NCBI GenBank assembly: GCA_005799825.1
Contig: SYFT01000106.1
Location: 10,459 to 74,458, forward strand
Reading direction: 5' to 3'
Origin: Acidobacteriota bacterium
GTDB taxonomy: Bacteria; Acidobacteriota; Vicinamibacteria; Vicinamibacterales; SCN-69-37
DNA length: 64,000 nt
A program made the position numbers and the translations under genes. Each line of letters opens with the position of its first letter. Positions within the stretch are counted from its first letter, which is position 1. Under the pieces are notes generated by a model, which did no database searches, had not been told where the DNA came from, and saw only the letters and a program-made list of their open reading frames with translations. This document shows, one piece after another, positions 45,001 through 53,630 of this stretch.

Positions 45001-45056
45001 AAAAGTAAAAAGTAAAAAGACGTCGGGTGTATTTTTCACCGAAAAAGACACCCGAT
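45001..45056 (-). terminator. rho-independent-type terminator for the sulfatase-like gene
   Basis: The hairpin TCGGGTGTATTTTT / AAAAAGACACCCGA (45023..45056, one mismatch) is followed on the minus strand by the T-rich run CTTTTTACTTTTTACTTTT (45001..45020). Confidence 0.6.
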
Positions 45057-45071
45057 GTGATTACGGTTTTG

Positions 45072-47111
45072 TTACTTGAACAGACGCTCGGTGGCGATGA
45101 GGCCGCGCGTCGTGGCATCCGCGCCACGCCGCGCCGACTCAATCCTCGCCGCCCGGTCCGGCTCGTTGAGCAACACGCTCACCTGCGCGCGTTTGAACAG
45201 CGCCATTGCCCTCGCCGGATGCGTCGCCGGCACCAAGTCCAGCACCCGCCGCGCGTCGTCCAGGCGACGCGCGGCGAGATACAGGACGCCCAGTTCCAGG
45301 TGCTGCGCGAACGCCGCGCCCTGCGCGGCGCTCGCGCGCTCAAACGCCCCAATCGCCACGTCCGTCTGCTGCGCTCCCATCGCCACCTGGCCGAGCTGCA
45401 CGAGCTCGGCCGGTGACGCCGGGCGCAGGGCGAATAGGCGCTGGCGCAGCGCCACGCTGTCAGCGAGCCGACCCTCGCGCTCCCGCGCGAGCGCCAGCGC
45501 CTCAAGCGCGGGCACACGCTCGGGCGACTCCGCCAGCACCTGCTCGAGCAGCGGCAGCGCGCGGCGCCAGCCGGCGCCGCGCGCGTAGTGCAGCGCTAGG
45601 TACAGGCGCACATCCTGAGACTTCGGCGCGAGCGTGGCCGCCTTGCCAAACGTCTCCACGGCCAGCGCATCCTTGCCGAGCGATGAATACGCCGTCGCCA
45701 GACGCATCGTGGCATCCAGATTGAAGGAGTCGGCGACGAGGATCTGCTTGAGCAGCGGCACCACCTGTTCGTAGCGGCCCTGCACAAACAGCGTAGACGC
45801 CTGGTCAATCACAGGAAACAGCTTGACCATGTCCGCTGGCCTGGGCGCATCGCGCCGCACGACCGGCGCGGTGGAGCCGCTGACGTAGCCGAGGCTGGCA
45901 AGTTTCTGACGCGCCTCGTTATCGAGCGGCGCCGTGGACGACGATCCCGCGGCGTCCACCGTCGGCACTGGATAGTCGTCGAGCACCGCCCGCACCGGCG
46001 CCGGCAATTGCGCTGACGTGCCGAGGTCGCGCGCCTCGCCGGCATCGGCCACCACGTCGTACACCTCGATGCGGCCCGAGAGAATCGCTTTCAGCGAGCC
46101 GGACACCGCCATGATCTGCGGCTGCCAACCCGCCTGCAGGAACGGCTTCATCGCTTCGCCGATCACCACTTCAGGCGATGGCGTCGCCGCGCCCAGGCTT
46201 TCGCTCGACGAACGTCCTGCCCAACCGGTTAGGGTATGGAAGATGCGACGCGTGCTCGCCGGCGTGTCCACAACACCAGGCGAGAGGCCTGGCCCCACCA
46301 CTACCAGCGGCACTCGCATCGTGGACTGATAGAGGAGTTGGCCGTGTTGCGGCTCACCGTGATCCCCTAACCCCTCGCCGTGGTCACTTGCGACGACAAT
46401 CGCTGACGTGCCACCCCAAGCGGCCACGCGTGCGTCAAACGCCTCTACCAGGCGGCCCATCTGCTCATCCATCGCCGCCACTTCGGCGCGGTACGGGTCT
46501 TTCGGATACCTGCTTCGATACGGTTCGGGTGGTTCGTAGGGCGCATGCGGGTCGAAATAGTGCACCCAGACGAACAGCGGTTCCTGGCCAGGCACCTGCG
46601 ACAGGTGCGCCAACGCGCGGTCCGTCGTCTCACGCGACGTCCGCTCCGCCCGTCCTCCAGCCAGTTCGTCATCGTAGACATCGAACCCGCGGGCAAGTCC
46701 GAACCGCCGCGCGAGTACAAACGATGAGACAAAAGCAGACGTGCGATAGCCGGCGGCCTTCAGCGCTTCGGCTGCGACCGGATGCGTGGCCGCGAGGAAT
46801 CGCGCGTTCTCGTGGACGCCATGCCCACCCGGATACGCGCCGGTCATGATCGAACTGTGCGAGGGCAGCGTCTCAGGCACCGTGGCGTAGGCCTGCGAGA
46901 ACACGCGGCCCCGCGCGGCTAGGCGACTAAACGCCGGCGTCTCTACACCAATCGCACCGGGCCCGATCGCGTCGGCGCGTGTGGTATCAAGCGTGACGAG
47001 AAGGATGGAGGGACGCGGCGCGGCGGAGCGATCGGCCGGAGCGGCCTCCCGGCCGCAGGAGGCAGCGCCGAGCACAGACACCGCGCACACAGTCGCAGTG
47101 ATCCAGCGCAT
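45072..47111 (-). CDS. sulfatase-like (alkaline-phosphatase superfamily) hydrolase fused to C-terminal TPR domain, secreted
   Basis: ORF 45072..47207 trimmed to MRWITATVCAVSVLGAASC. It has the metal site ILLVTLDTTRAD. The nucleophile region ETLPSHSSIMTGAYP has Thr and His where sulfatases have C/S-x-P-x-R. The C-terminal ~300 aa are TPR-like. Confidence 0.8.
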   Translation of the reverse strand: MRWITATVCAVSVLGAASCGREAAPADRSAAPRPSILLVTLDTTRADAIGPGAIGVETPAFSRLAARGRVFSQAYATVPETLPSHSSIMTGAYPGGHGVHENARFLAATHPVAAEALKAAGYRTSAFVSSFVLARRFGLARGFDVYDDELAGGRAERTSRETTDRALAHLSQVPGQEPLFVWVHYFDPHAPYEPPEPYRSRYPKDPYRAEVAAMDEQMGRLVEAFDARVAAWGGTSAIVVASDHGEGLGDHGEPQHGQLLYQSTMRVPLVVVGPGLSPGVVDTPASTRRIFHTLTGWAGRSSSESLGAATPSPEVVIGEAMKPFLQAGWQPQIMAVSGSLKAILSGRIEVYDVVADAGEARDLGTSAQLPAPVRAVLDDYPVPTVDAAGSSSTAPLDNEARQKLASLGYVSGSTAPVVRRDAPRPADMVKLFPVIDQASTLFVQGRYEQVVPLLKQILVADSFNLDATMRLATAYSSLGKDALAVETFGKAATLAPKSQDVRLYLALHYARGAGWRRALPLLEQVLAESPERVPALEALALAREREGRLADSVALRQRLFALRPASPAELVQLGQVAMGAQQTDVAIGAFERASAAQGAAFAQHLELGVLYLAARRLDDARRVLDLVPATHPARAMALFKRAQVSVLLNEPDRAARIESARRGADATTRGLIATERLFK

Positions 47112-47119
47112 TCGTGTTC

Positions 47120-47149
47120 CGCGGCCTTGAGAACCAGGCCGCGCTACGT
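47120..47149. repeat. REP-like palindromic unit, GCGGCC variant
   Basis: CGCGGCCTTGAGAACCAGGCCGCGCTACGT (inverted orientation). It shares the flank GCTACGTACGGAGT with the copy at 51704..51724. It lies in the M24/sulfatase intergenic spacer. Confidence 0.8.
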
Positions 47150-47160
47150 ACGGAGTGCAG

Positions 47161-47192
47161 TTCCCCACTTCCCCAGTTCCTAACGTCCTAAC
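47161..47192. repeat. 8-bp-period tandem repeat (minus strand: GTTAGGAC GTTAGGAA CTGGGGAA GTGGGGAA)
   Basis: Read directly from the sequence. It encodes the last residues (GRLGR) and the TAG stop of the M24 peptidase. It is related to the repeat at 21216..21246. Confidence 0.8.
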
Positions 47193-48622
47193 CTGCCCAC
47201 TTTCCAAATGTCCGCGATCCCTGGTTCTTTCATCACCTTCTCGATGTCGGCCATCTCCATCGGGAGGGGGCCCGACAGGTTTTCATAGCCGGTGGCGGTG
47301 ATGAGGATCGCGTCTTCGAGGCGGATGTAGATGCGTTCGTCGGGAATGGTGAGTGCGGGCTCGATGGTCAGCATCATCCCAGGCAGGTAGACGCCGTCGA
47401 AGTTGGCGCCGGCCACATCGTGGGCCTCCATGCCGAGCCAATGACCGAACGAGTTGCGGGGCCGCGCATAACCGGCCACAAACCGTTCGGCCGCTTCCTT
47501 GATCTTGGGATCGGTAAACGTGAACGTCTCCATGATGGCGGTCATCTTCTCGTGCGCGTTGGCGAGCGATTCTGACGCAGGCCCCGGTCGAATCGAAGAC
47601 ATCAGCGCCTGGTAGAGCTTGAGATAAATGCCGTACATCTCGCGCTGCCTGGGAGAGAACGTGCCGTTGGCTGGAAACATGCGCGTGACGTCGGTCGTGT
47701 AGTACGACACGTCCGGCGCGTAGTCCATCAGCACCAGGTCGCCATCTTCGAGCCGGCTCTGCGCGGCGTGGTAGTGCGGCCAGAAGGCGTTCGTGCCGGT
47801 GGCGACGAGCGCGTAGTAGCCGATGCCCTGCGCGTTGTTGCGCTTGAAGATGTAGTCGGCGATGGCCTCGATCTCGTACTCGTACATCCCCGGCTTTGCG
47901 GATTTCATAGACTCGAGAATCGCCAGGTTTGAGAGTCGCGTGGTCTCACGCATGATCTTGATCTCTTCAGAGCTCTTAATCTGGCGCATCCGGTCCACAA
48001 AGGGGTCGAGATTGAGGATCTCGGACCTCGGCGCCGCCACTCGCAGCTTCTCGCGAAACACCGCGTCTTTCGATGGTCGTCCGTCCCACGGGTCGGCCGC
48101 CACCGCGCGTTCGTGGTTGGAGATGCGATCGGGCGCCGCTGCGCCCAGTGATTCGCTCCGGAACGGGAAGTAGATCGACCGCCCTTCAGCCGCCACACTC
48201 TTCACCACATCGTCAAACGTGGCGCGATCCACTACCTGCTCGATGCCTGTGAGGCGAGCCGCCTCGTCTCCTGGCGCTAGCAAGGGGCCTTCAGAGCGGT
48301 CTGAGGCTGAGTTGCGAGCCGGCAGGAAGAGGGTCGAGGTCTTGGTGCGCCCATCGATCAGCAAAATCGCGCGCGGCACCTCGACACCCGAAAGGTAGAA
48401 GAACTGCTTGCCCTGCTGAAACTTGGTGTACGCCGCCGGTTCGGTAGCGGCAGCCAGAATGGCCACGCCATCGCCAATCGCATCCATCACCTTGGCGCGA
48501 CGCCCCTGGAATTCCCCGGGGGAGAACGCCTGGGTGAACAGCGGCTTGTCGGCCCCCAACGGGAGCCAGGTCAACACCACCAACGTCAGGACCACACTCA
48601 CTCGGATGCAGGTTCGGGGCAT
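47180..48622 (-). CDS. M24 family Xaa-Pro aminopeptidase, secreted
   Basis: ORF 47180..48754 trimmed to MPRTCIRVSVVLTLVVLTWLPLGA. Motifs are DLVLMDYAPDVSYYTTDVTRMFP, HWLGMEAHD and LTIEPAL. Confidence 0.85.
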   Translation of the reverse strand: MPRTCIRVSVVLTLVVLTWLPLGADKPLFTQAFSPGEFQGRRAKVMDAIGDGVAILAAATEPAAYTKFQQGKQFFYLSGVEVPRAILLIDGRTKTSTLFLPARNSASDRSEGPLLAPGDEAARLTGIEQVVDRATFDDVVKSVAAEGRSIYFPFRSESLGAAAPDRISNHERAVAADPWDGRPSKDAVFREKLRVAAPRSEILNLDPFVDRMRQIKSSEEIKIMRETTRLSNLAILESMKSAKPGMYEYEIEAIADYIFKRNNAQGIGYYALVATGTNAFWPHYHAAQSRLEDGDLVLMDYAPDVSYYTTDVTRMFPANGTFSPRQREMYGIYLKLYQALMSSIRPGPASESLANAHEKMTAIMETFTFTDPKIKEAAERFVAGYARPRNSFGHWLGMEAHDVAGANFDGVYLPGMMLTIEPALTIPDERIYIRLEDAILITATGYENLSGPLPMEMADIEKVMKEPGIADIWKVGRLGR

Positions 48623-48661
48623 ACGGGCGATTATAATCGTGCTCCAGAGGTTGCCTGCTCT

Positions 48662-50374
48662 ATGTCTCGATCCCTTCTTTGCCTTGCCATCGTTGCCGCC
48701 CTGACCGTTCCTGGGCAGGCGCAGCAGACAGCACCGCCGGCACCGCAACCGCAACCACCAAAGCCGACGTCACAACTCGACAGCCTGAGGACGGTGGCCG
48801 AGTCGTCTGACTATCGAACGACCTCGACCTACGCTGAAGTGCTCGGGTTCATGACAATCGTCGACAACGCGTCGCCGAACATCCGGGTGATCAGCTACGG
48901 CACCACGTACGAGGGGCGAATGATGCCGCTCGCGGTGGTCGGCACGGGCCTGAAAGACGCGAGCGCGGCCTCAGTCAAGGCTTCGGGCAAGTTGCGCGTG
49001 CACATCCAGGGCAACATTCACGCCGGTGAAGTGGAGGGCAAAGAGGCGGCCCAGGTCCTGCTGCGTGAATTTGCCCAGGGCAAACACGCCGACTGGCTCG
49101 AGACGATGGTGTTCCTCATCACGCCGATTTTCAATGCCGACGGAAACGAGCGCTTCTCGCTGACCAATCGCGGCGTGCAGAACGGCCCCATCAACGGACA
49201 GGGCACACGTGCGAACGGCCAGAACATCAACATCAATCGCGACTTCATGAAGCTCGAAACGCCTGAAGGCCGGGCCTTTGCGAAGCTCTGGAACGACTAC
49301 GACCCGTACGTCGGCATGGACCTGCACACCTCTGACGGCTCCACGCACGGATACCACCTCACGTACTCCCCGCCGCTCAACCCGAACACCAACGCCGGCA
49401 TCATGTCGATCATGAAAGACGAGTGGTTCCCGTTTGTGACCAAGGCCATTCGCGAGAAGTACAAGTGGGAGACCTACTACTACGGCAACGCGAGCCACCC
49501 CGGTGGCGGCCGAGGCGGACGTGGTGGCGGGCAGGGCGCTCCAGCCACACCTCCGGCGGCGCAACCGCAGGCGCCGGCGGCACCAGCCGGTCCCCGTGCC
49601 TGGGGCACGTTCGAGCATGTGCCCCGCTTCCACAACAACTATGTCGGGATGCGCAACCGCTTTGCGCTGCTCAGCGAAGCCTATGCGTACGCCACGTTCA
49701 AGGACCGCATCCTGGCCACGAACCACTTCATCGAAGAGGCGATGAACTTCGCGCACCAGAACGTGGCGAAGATCCGGACGGCGGTGGGCTCAGCCGACCG
49801 CGAAGCGCTGGCGGGTAAGACACACGCCACGCGCGCGCAGATTCGCAACGGCGCCATGATCGAAATCTTAATGGGCGAGGTTGAGGACGAGAAGAACCCT
49901 ATCAACGGCCGGAACATGAACCGCCGCAAGGATGTGATCAAACCGGAACAGATGACCGACCGCCTGTGGTTTGAGCCGACGACCACAGAGACCGTGCCCA
50001 CCGAGTACTACATTCCGGCGAGCGCTACCAAGGCGCTTGAACTGCTGCGGGCTCACGGCGTGCAGATGCGAAAGACGACGGTGGCTACCAAAGGCCTGGA
50101 GCAGTTTGCGATCACGGCCAACACCCAGCGTGCGGCCACGAACTCGATCGACACCGGCAGCCACGGACTCCGCAGCCTCGACGGCGCGTGGGCGGCCACC
50201 GACGTCGCTGCGCCAGTCGGCTCATTCGCTGTGGCGATGAACCAAAGACTCGCGCGCCTCGCGTTTTATTTGTTAGAACCCAAGTCCGACGACGGGCTGA
50301 CGGCCTGGAATTACCTCGACGACGTCCTCGGCGTCGAGGGAGCCAAGGCCTACCCGATACTTCGTCGGCGTTGA
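48662..50374 (+). CDS. M14 family zinc carboxypeptidase, secreted
   Basis: 570 aa with a signal peptide and the Zn motif HIQGNIHAGEVEGKEA. It has an internal Gly/Arg then Pro/Ala low-complexity insert (GGGRGGRGGGQGAPATPPAAQPQAPAAPAGP). Confidence 0.85.
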   Translation: MSRSLLCLAIVAALTVPGQAQQTAPPAPQPQPPKPTSQLDSLRTVAESSDYRTTSTYAEVLGFMTIVDNASPNIRVISYGTTYEGRMMPLAVVGTGLKDASAASVKASGKLRVHIQGNIHAGEVEGKEAAQVLLREFAQGKHADWLETMVFLITPIFNADGNERFSLTNRGVQNGPINGQGTRANGQNININRDFMKLETPEGRAFAKLWNDYDPYVGMDLHTSDGSTHGYHLTYSPPLNPNTNAGIMSIMKDEWFPFVTKAIREKYKWETYYYGNASHPGGGRGGRGGGQGAPATPPAAQPQAPAAPAGPRAWGTFEHVPRFHNNYVGMRNRFALLSEAYAYATFKDRILATNHFIEEAMNFAHQNVAKIRTAVGSADREALAGKTHATRAQIRNGAMIEILMGEVEDEKNPINGRNMNRRKDVIKPEQMTDRLWFEPTTTETVPTEYYIPASATKALELLRAHGVQMRKTTVATKGLEQFAITANTQRAATNSIDTGSHGLRSLDGAWAATDVAAPVGSFAVAMNQRLARLAFYLLEPKSDDGLTAWNYLDDVLGVEGAKAYPILRRR

Positions 50375-50403
50375 CATAGACGCCGACGCTTGGGGGGGGG
50401 GGG
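50363..50403. repeat. 8-bp hairpin spanning the M14 stop codon, followed by a G12 homopolymer
   Basis: CGTCGGCG (50363..50370) pairs with CGCCGACG (50381..50388). The G run is 50392..50403 (12 G). Confidence 0.9.
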
Positions 50404-50462
50404 CATGGCACTCTTCCTCCCCTTCTGCGACTGCGAGCAATTAGTAGCGCCTGACGACGCCG

Positions 50463-50720
50463 CTAGCCGAGCTTCGCCAAGCGCTTCTCGACATCAGCCA
50501 TCGCGGCTTTGAGTTGCTTCTGGCGGACGGGATGCTCAGTGGCCTCGAGCTGGCGCCGCAGTTCCGATAGCCCGAGCGTGAGCGACGTCACCTGCGCTTT
50601 CTTCACCGGATCAACCGGCGCCTGCGGCGTCCGCCGCTCGCGTCGAGCGGCCTCTCGCTCATCGGCCAGCTCCTGAATTCTCTCGTCCGCGTCAATAAGG
50701 CCTTCACCAGAATCACCCAT
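50463..50720 (-). CDS. hypothetical small coiled-coil protein
   Basis: 85 aa, highly charged and helical (ERIQELADEREAARRERR...LKAAMADVEKRLAKLG). No family recognised. Confidence 0.45.
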   Translation of the reverse strand: MGDSGEGLIDADERIQELADEREAARRERRTPQAPVDPVKKAQVTSLTLGLSELRRQLEATEHPVRQKQLKAAMADVEKRLAKLG

Positions 50721-50767
50721 ACTTCAAACATAGCAGAGGATCTTCCGGGTGGGATAGGATCGCGCGC

Positions 50768-51682
50768 ATGACGCGCAACCTTTTTCTCTTACTGACGCTC
50801 GTAATTGGCGGGTTCTCCGCCGGAATCACAGCCGGCATGCAGAGCGCGGAAGCCAACTCCCTGCTGGGCCGCAAGCTCTCCACGCCCGCCTTGGCGCCAG
50901 ACGCGCAGGCCCGCATGGAGGCGCAGCTTGCGACAGCCGTGCAAGTATTCGAGACCAATCGCGAGGACCCCGATGCGCTGATTTGGGTCGGCCGCCGCAC
51001 CGCGTATCTCGGCCGGTTCCGCGAGGCCATCGGGCTCTTGAGCGAGGGCATCACGCGCCACCCCAACGATGCGCGGTTTTATCGCCATCGCGGGCACCGC
51101 TATCTGACGATTCGGGAGATCGACCTCGGCATCGCCGACTTCGAAAAAGCCGCGACGCTCATCGCCGGTCAGCCGGATCAGGTGGAGCCGGACGGGCAGC
51201 CCAACGCGCGCAACACGCCCACCAGCACCCTGCACTCGAACATCTACTACCACCTGGCCCTGGGCTACTACATCAAGAAGGACTTCTCCCGCGCCGCCGA
51301 CAACTGGAGGAAGGCCCGCGATGTGGTGCGCAACGCAGACAATCTGGTGGCCGCGAGTAACTGGCTCTACCTCTCTCTGCGCCGAGCCGGCAAGGCAAAC
51401 GAGGCGGCGGCGGCGCTGTTGCCCATCGACGCGCGTCTGGACGTCATCGAGAACGGCAGCTACCACTCACTGCTCCTGATGTATAAGGGCGAGCGCACAC
51501 CCGAAGAGGTGCTGAAGGCTGCCGGCGAAGGGGCCAGCAGCACGTCGGCGCGTTATGGGGTCAGCGCCTGGTATCTCATCAACGGCAAGCGGCGTGAGGC
51601 GCAGCAGCTGTGGGCGACGATTTTGGCGGGGGCCGACTGGCCTTCGTTCGGCCACCTGGCAGCGGAGGCCGAAGCACGGTAG
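50768..51682 (+). CDS. TPR-like repeat protein, probably exported
   Basis: 304 aa with the hydrophobic N-terminus LFLLLTLVIGGFSAGITAG and TPR-like helices (ALIWVGRRTAYLGRFREAIGLLSEGITRHPNDARFYRHRGHRYL). Confidence 0.6.
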   Translation: MTRNLFLLLTLVIGGFSAGITAGMQSAEANSLLGRKLSTPALAPDAQARMEAQLATAVQVFETNREDPDALIWVGRRTAYLGRFREAIGLLSEGITRHPNDARFYRHRGHRYLTIREIDLGIADFEKAATLIAGQPDQVEPDGQPNARNTPTSTLHSNIYYHLALGYYIKKDFSRAADNWRKARDVVRNADNLVAASNWLYLSLRRAGKANEAAAALLPIDARLDVIENGSYHSLLLMYKGERTPEEVLKAAGEGASSTSARYGVSAWYLINGKRREAQQLWATILAGADWPSFGHLAAEAEAR

Positions 51683-51687
51683 CGGTA

Positions 51688-51768
51688 CTCGGGCTTCAGG
51701 AATAGCCCGAGCTACGTACGGAGTCGCTACTTTTCCGTGCGTAGCTCGGCCTGGGTTTCAAGGCCGAG
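51688..51768. repeat. two REP-like palindromic units in opposite orientation
   Basis: 51688..51717 is CTCGGGCTTCAGGAATAGCCCGAGCTACGT. 51739..51768 is GCGTAGCTCGGCCTGGGTTTCAAGGCCGAG. They lie between convergent genes. Confidence 0.85.
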
Positions 51769-51873
51769 GCCAGCCCTTCAGCGAATCCTCTGGACCACAC
51801 GCACATTGGGCGACCCGACGACCGCGACGGCGACGGGCTGCTTCGTCTTCGTCTCCACCATCAACGTGTTGAT

Positions 51874-52275
51874 CTATACAAAGGCGGTCTGGACCGACGT
51901 GCGACTGCTCATCACCGACCGGCCGGCGCCATAACCCGAGACGTTCTTGTCAGCGGCAATCACATCAATCGCGGGGTTGCCCTGCATCCGCATCGCGCGA
52001 AGCTTCATCACCAGTGCATCCGGGAGGCCCGCCTGCACCAACTCGTCATTACTCAATTCGTCCGCCGGATGGAGTACGACGATGTAGCGGCTCTCGATCT
52101 TGATGTCGCAACTGGCGTGCACCATCGCCCGGGTGCCTGCCGCAGCCTTGATCGAGCGTTCCAGGCAGGTGTCCAGCCGCGTGGCCGGGTCTGAGAAGGG
52201 GTCGCAGTCGTATTGCGGCATCGAACCCATGGCGATCACCGCTAGCTTCAGGGCGTTCGAACGCCACGGGGCCAT
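51874..52275 (-). CDS. hypothetical protein, last gene of the rseP operon (frame stays coding-like beyond its TAG)
   Basis: 133 aa, starting 10 nt after the rseP stop. No family recognised. See the finding on the 31-codon GC3-rich extension to 51778. Confidence 0.5.
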   Translation of the reverse strand: MAPWRSNALKLAVIAMGSMPQYDCDPFSDPATRLDTCLERSIKAAAGTRAMVHASCDIKIESRYIVVLHPADELSNDELVQAGLPDALVMKLRAMRMQGNPAIDVIAADKNVSGYGAGRSVMSSRTSVQTAFV

Positions 52276-52285
52276 AGGGGCAGTT

Positions 52286-53605
52286 CTAAGGGATCAACCG
52301 CACCACGTCGTTGAAGACAACCGTCACCATGAGCATGAGGATGAGCGCAAAGCCCGCGAAAAGAATGCGCTCCTTGACCTTCACGCTGAAGTCGCGGCGG
52401 GCTAGGCCCTCTAGGGCGATGATCGTGATGTGGCCGCCGTCGAGGATGGGAATGGGCATCAGGTTCAGCAGGCCGAGCTGAAGGCTGATCATCGACATCA
52501 GGCCCAGCAGCGGAAGCCAGCCGAGCTGGGCCGTGGCGCCAGATATCCGCGCGATGCCCACTGGACCGACAAGGTTGGTGACCGGCGTCTCAGTCGTGAA
52601 CAGCCCGGCCAGTGTCGTGACGGTCAACACCGAGGCTTCCCACGTCTGGGTCGCGCTCATGCTCATGGCCGTCAGCAGATCCGGATCCACGCGGCGGGTC
52701 TCCGCCTCAGAAATCGACACGCCAATCACGCCCACGTCGCCGCTTTTTTCGGGAACGATGGCCACATCCTGCGGCGCGCCACCACGCTCAATCGTGAACG
52801 TGATGGACACACCGGCGCTCTTCTGGATACGCTCGATGATCTGCTCGCGCGTCAGCTCCCGCTCGCCCCCGATCGTGAGAAGCACGTCGCCGGCCAGCAG
52901 GCCGGCCTTGTCGGCAGGCTGGTCTGGCATCACCTGCGCCACCTGCGGCCGCACTCGGGGACGCACTTTCAGCTCGCCGAAGTCGACAATGTCTCCCACC
53001 AACTCGGGCGTCACCTTGATATCCAGGTAGCTGCCGCTGCGTTCCACCGCCAACGTGAGTTCCCTGTTGGCCTTCGGCAGGACGGCCATGTCGAACTGGT
53101 CCCAGGTCTCCACCGCGGCGCCATTCACACGCAGCACGCGGTCGCCCACCTGCAAGCCCGCACGCGCGCCTGCGCCGTCAGCCTCCACCACGCCGATGAC
53201 CGGCGGCGACGAGCGGTAGAGCGGCATATCCGCGCCCTGCGTGAGGATGGCGGTCGTCAGGATGAACGCCAGCAGAATGTTCATGATCGGGCCCGCCAGG
53301 TACACTTGGACCCGAATCCACTTGCTCTTGGACAGGAACTCGGTCGGGTCCCCGGATGGCCCATCTTCAGACGTTTCGCCCGCCAGCTTGACATAGCCGC
53401 CCAGCGGAACGGCGCTGATGCAGTACTCGGTATCGCCACGGGTGACCTTGACCAGCTTGGGTCCGAATCCCAGCGAAAACGCGAGCACCTTGACGCCGTA
53501 CCACCGCGCGACCAGGAAATGTCCGAGCTCGTGGACGAAGATCAGGACTCCGAGCACAAACAGGAACGGCAGAATCGTCTCGAAGAACCCGATGATGTTG
53601 GCCAT
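52286..53605 (-). CDS. rseP: RIP metalloprotease RseP (M50 site-2 protease with PDZ domains)
   Basis: ORF 52286..53695 trimmed to MANIIGFFETILPFLFVLGVLIFVHELGHF. It has the HExxH motif, PDZ-like LQVGDRVLRVNG and LLAGDVLLTIGG, and the C-terminal NLMPIPILDGG. Confidence 0.9.
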   Translation of the reverse strand: MANIIGFFETILPFLFVLGVLIFVHELGHFLVARWYGVKVLAFSLGFGPKLVKVTRGDTEYCISAVPLGGYVKLAGETSEDGPSGDPTEFLSKSKWIRVQVYLAGPIMNILLAFILTTAILTQGADMPLYRSSPPVIGVVEADGAGARAGLQVGDRVLRVNGAAVETWDQFDMAVLPKANRELTLAVERSGSYLDIKVTPELVGDIVDFGELKVRPRVRPQVAQVMPDQPADKAGLLAGDVLLTIGGERELTREQIIERIQKSAGVSITFTIERGGAPQDVAIVPEKSGDVGVIGVSISEAETRRVDPDLLTAMSMSATQTWEASVLTVTTLAGLFTTETPVTNLVGPVGIARISGATAQLGWLPLLGLMSMISLQLGLLNLMPIPILDGGHITIIALEGLARRDFSVKVKERILFAGFALILMLMVTVVFNDVVRLIP

Positions 53606-53630
53606 ATGTGAAAACCCTGTAGGGCTACAA

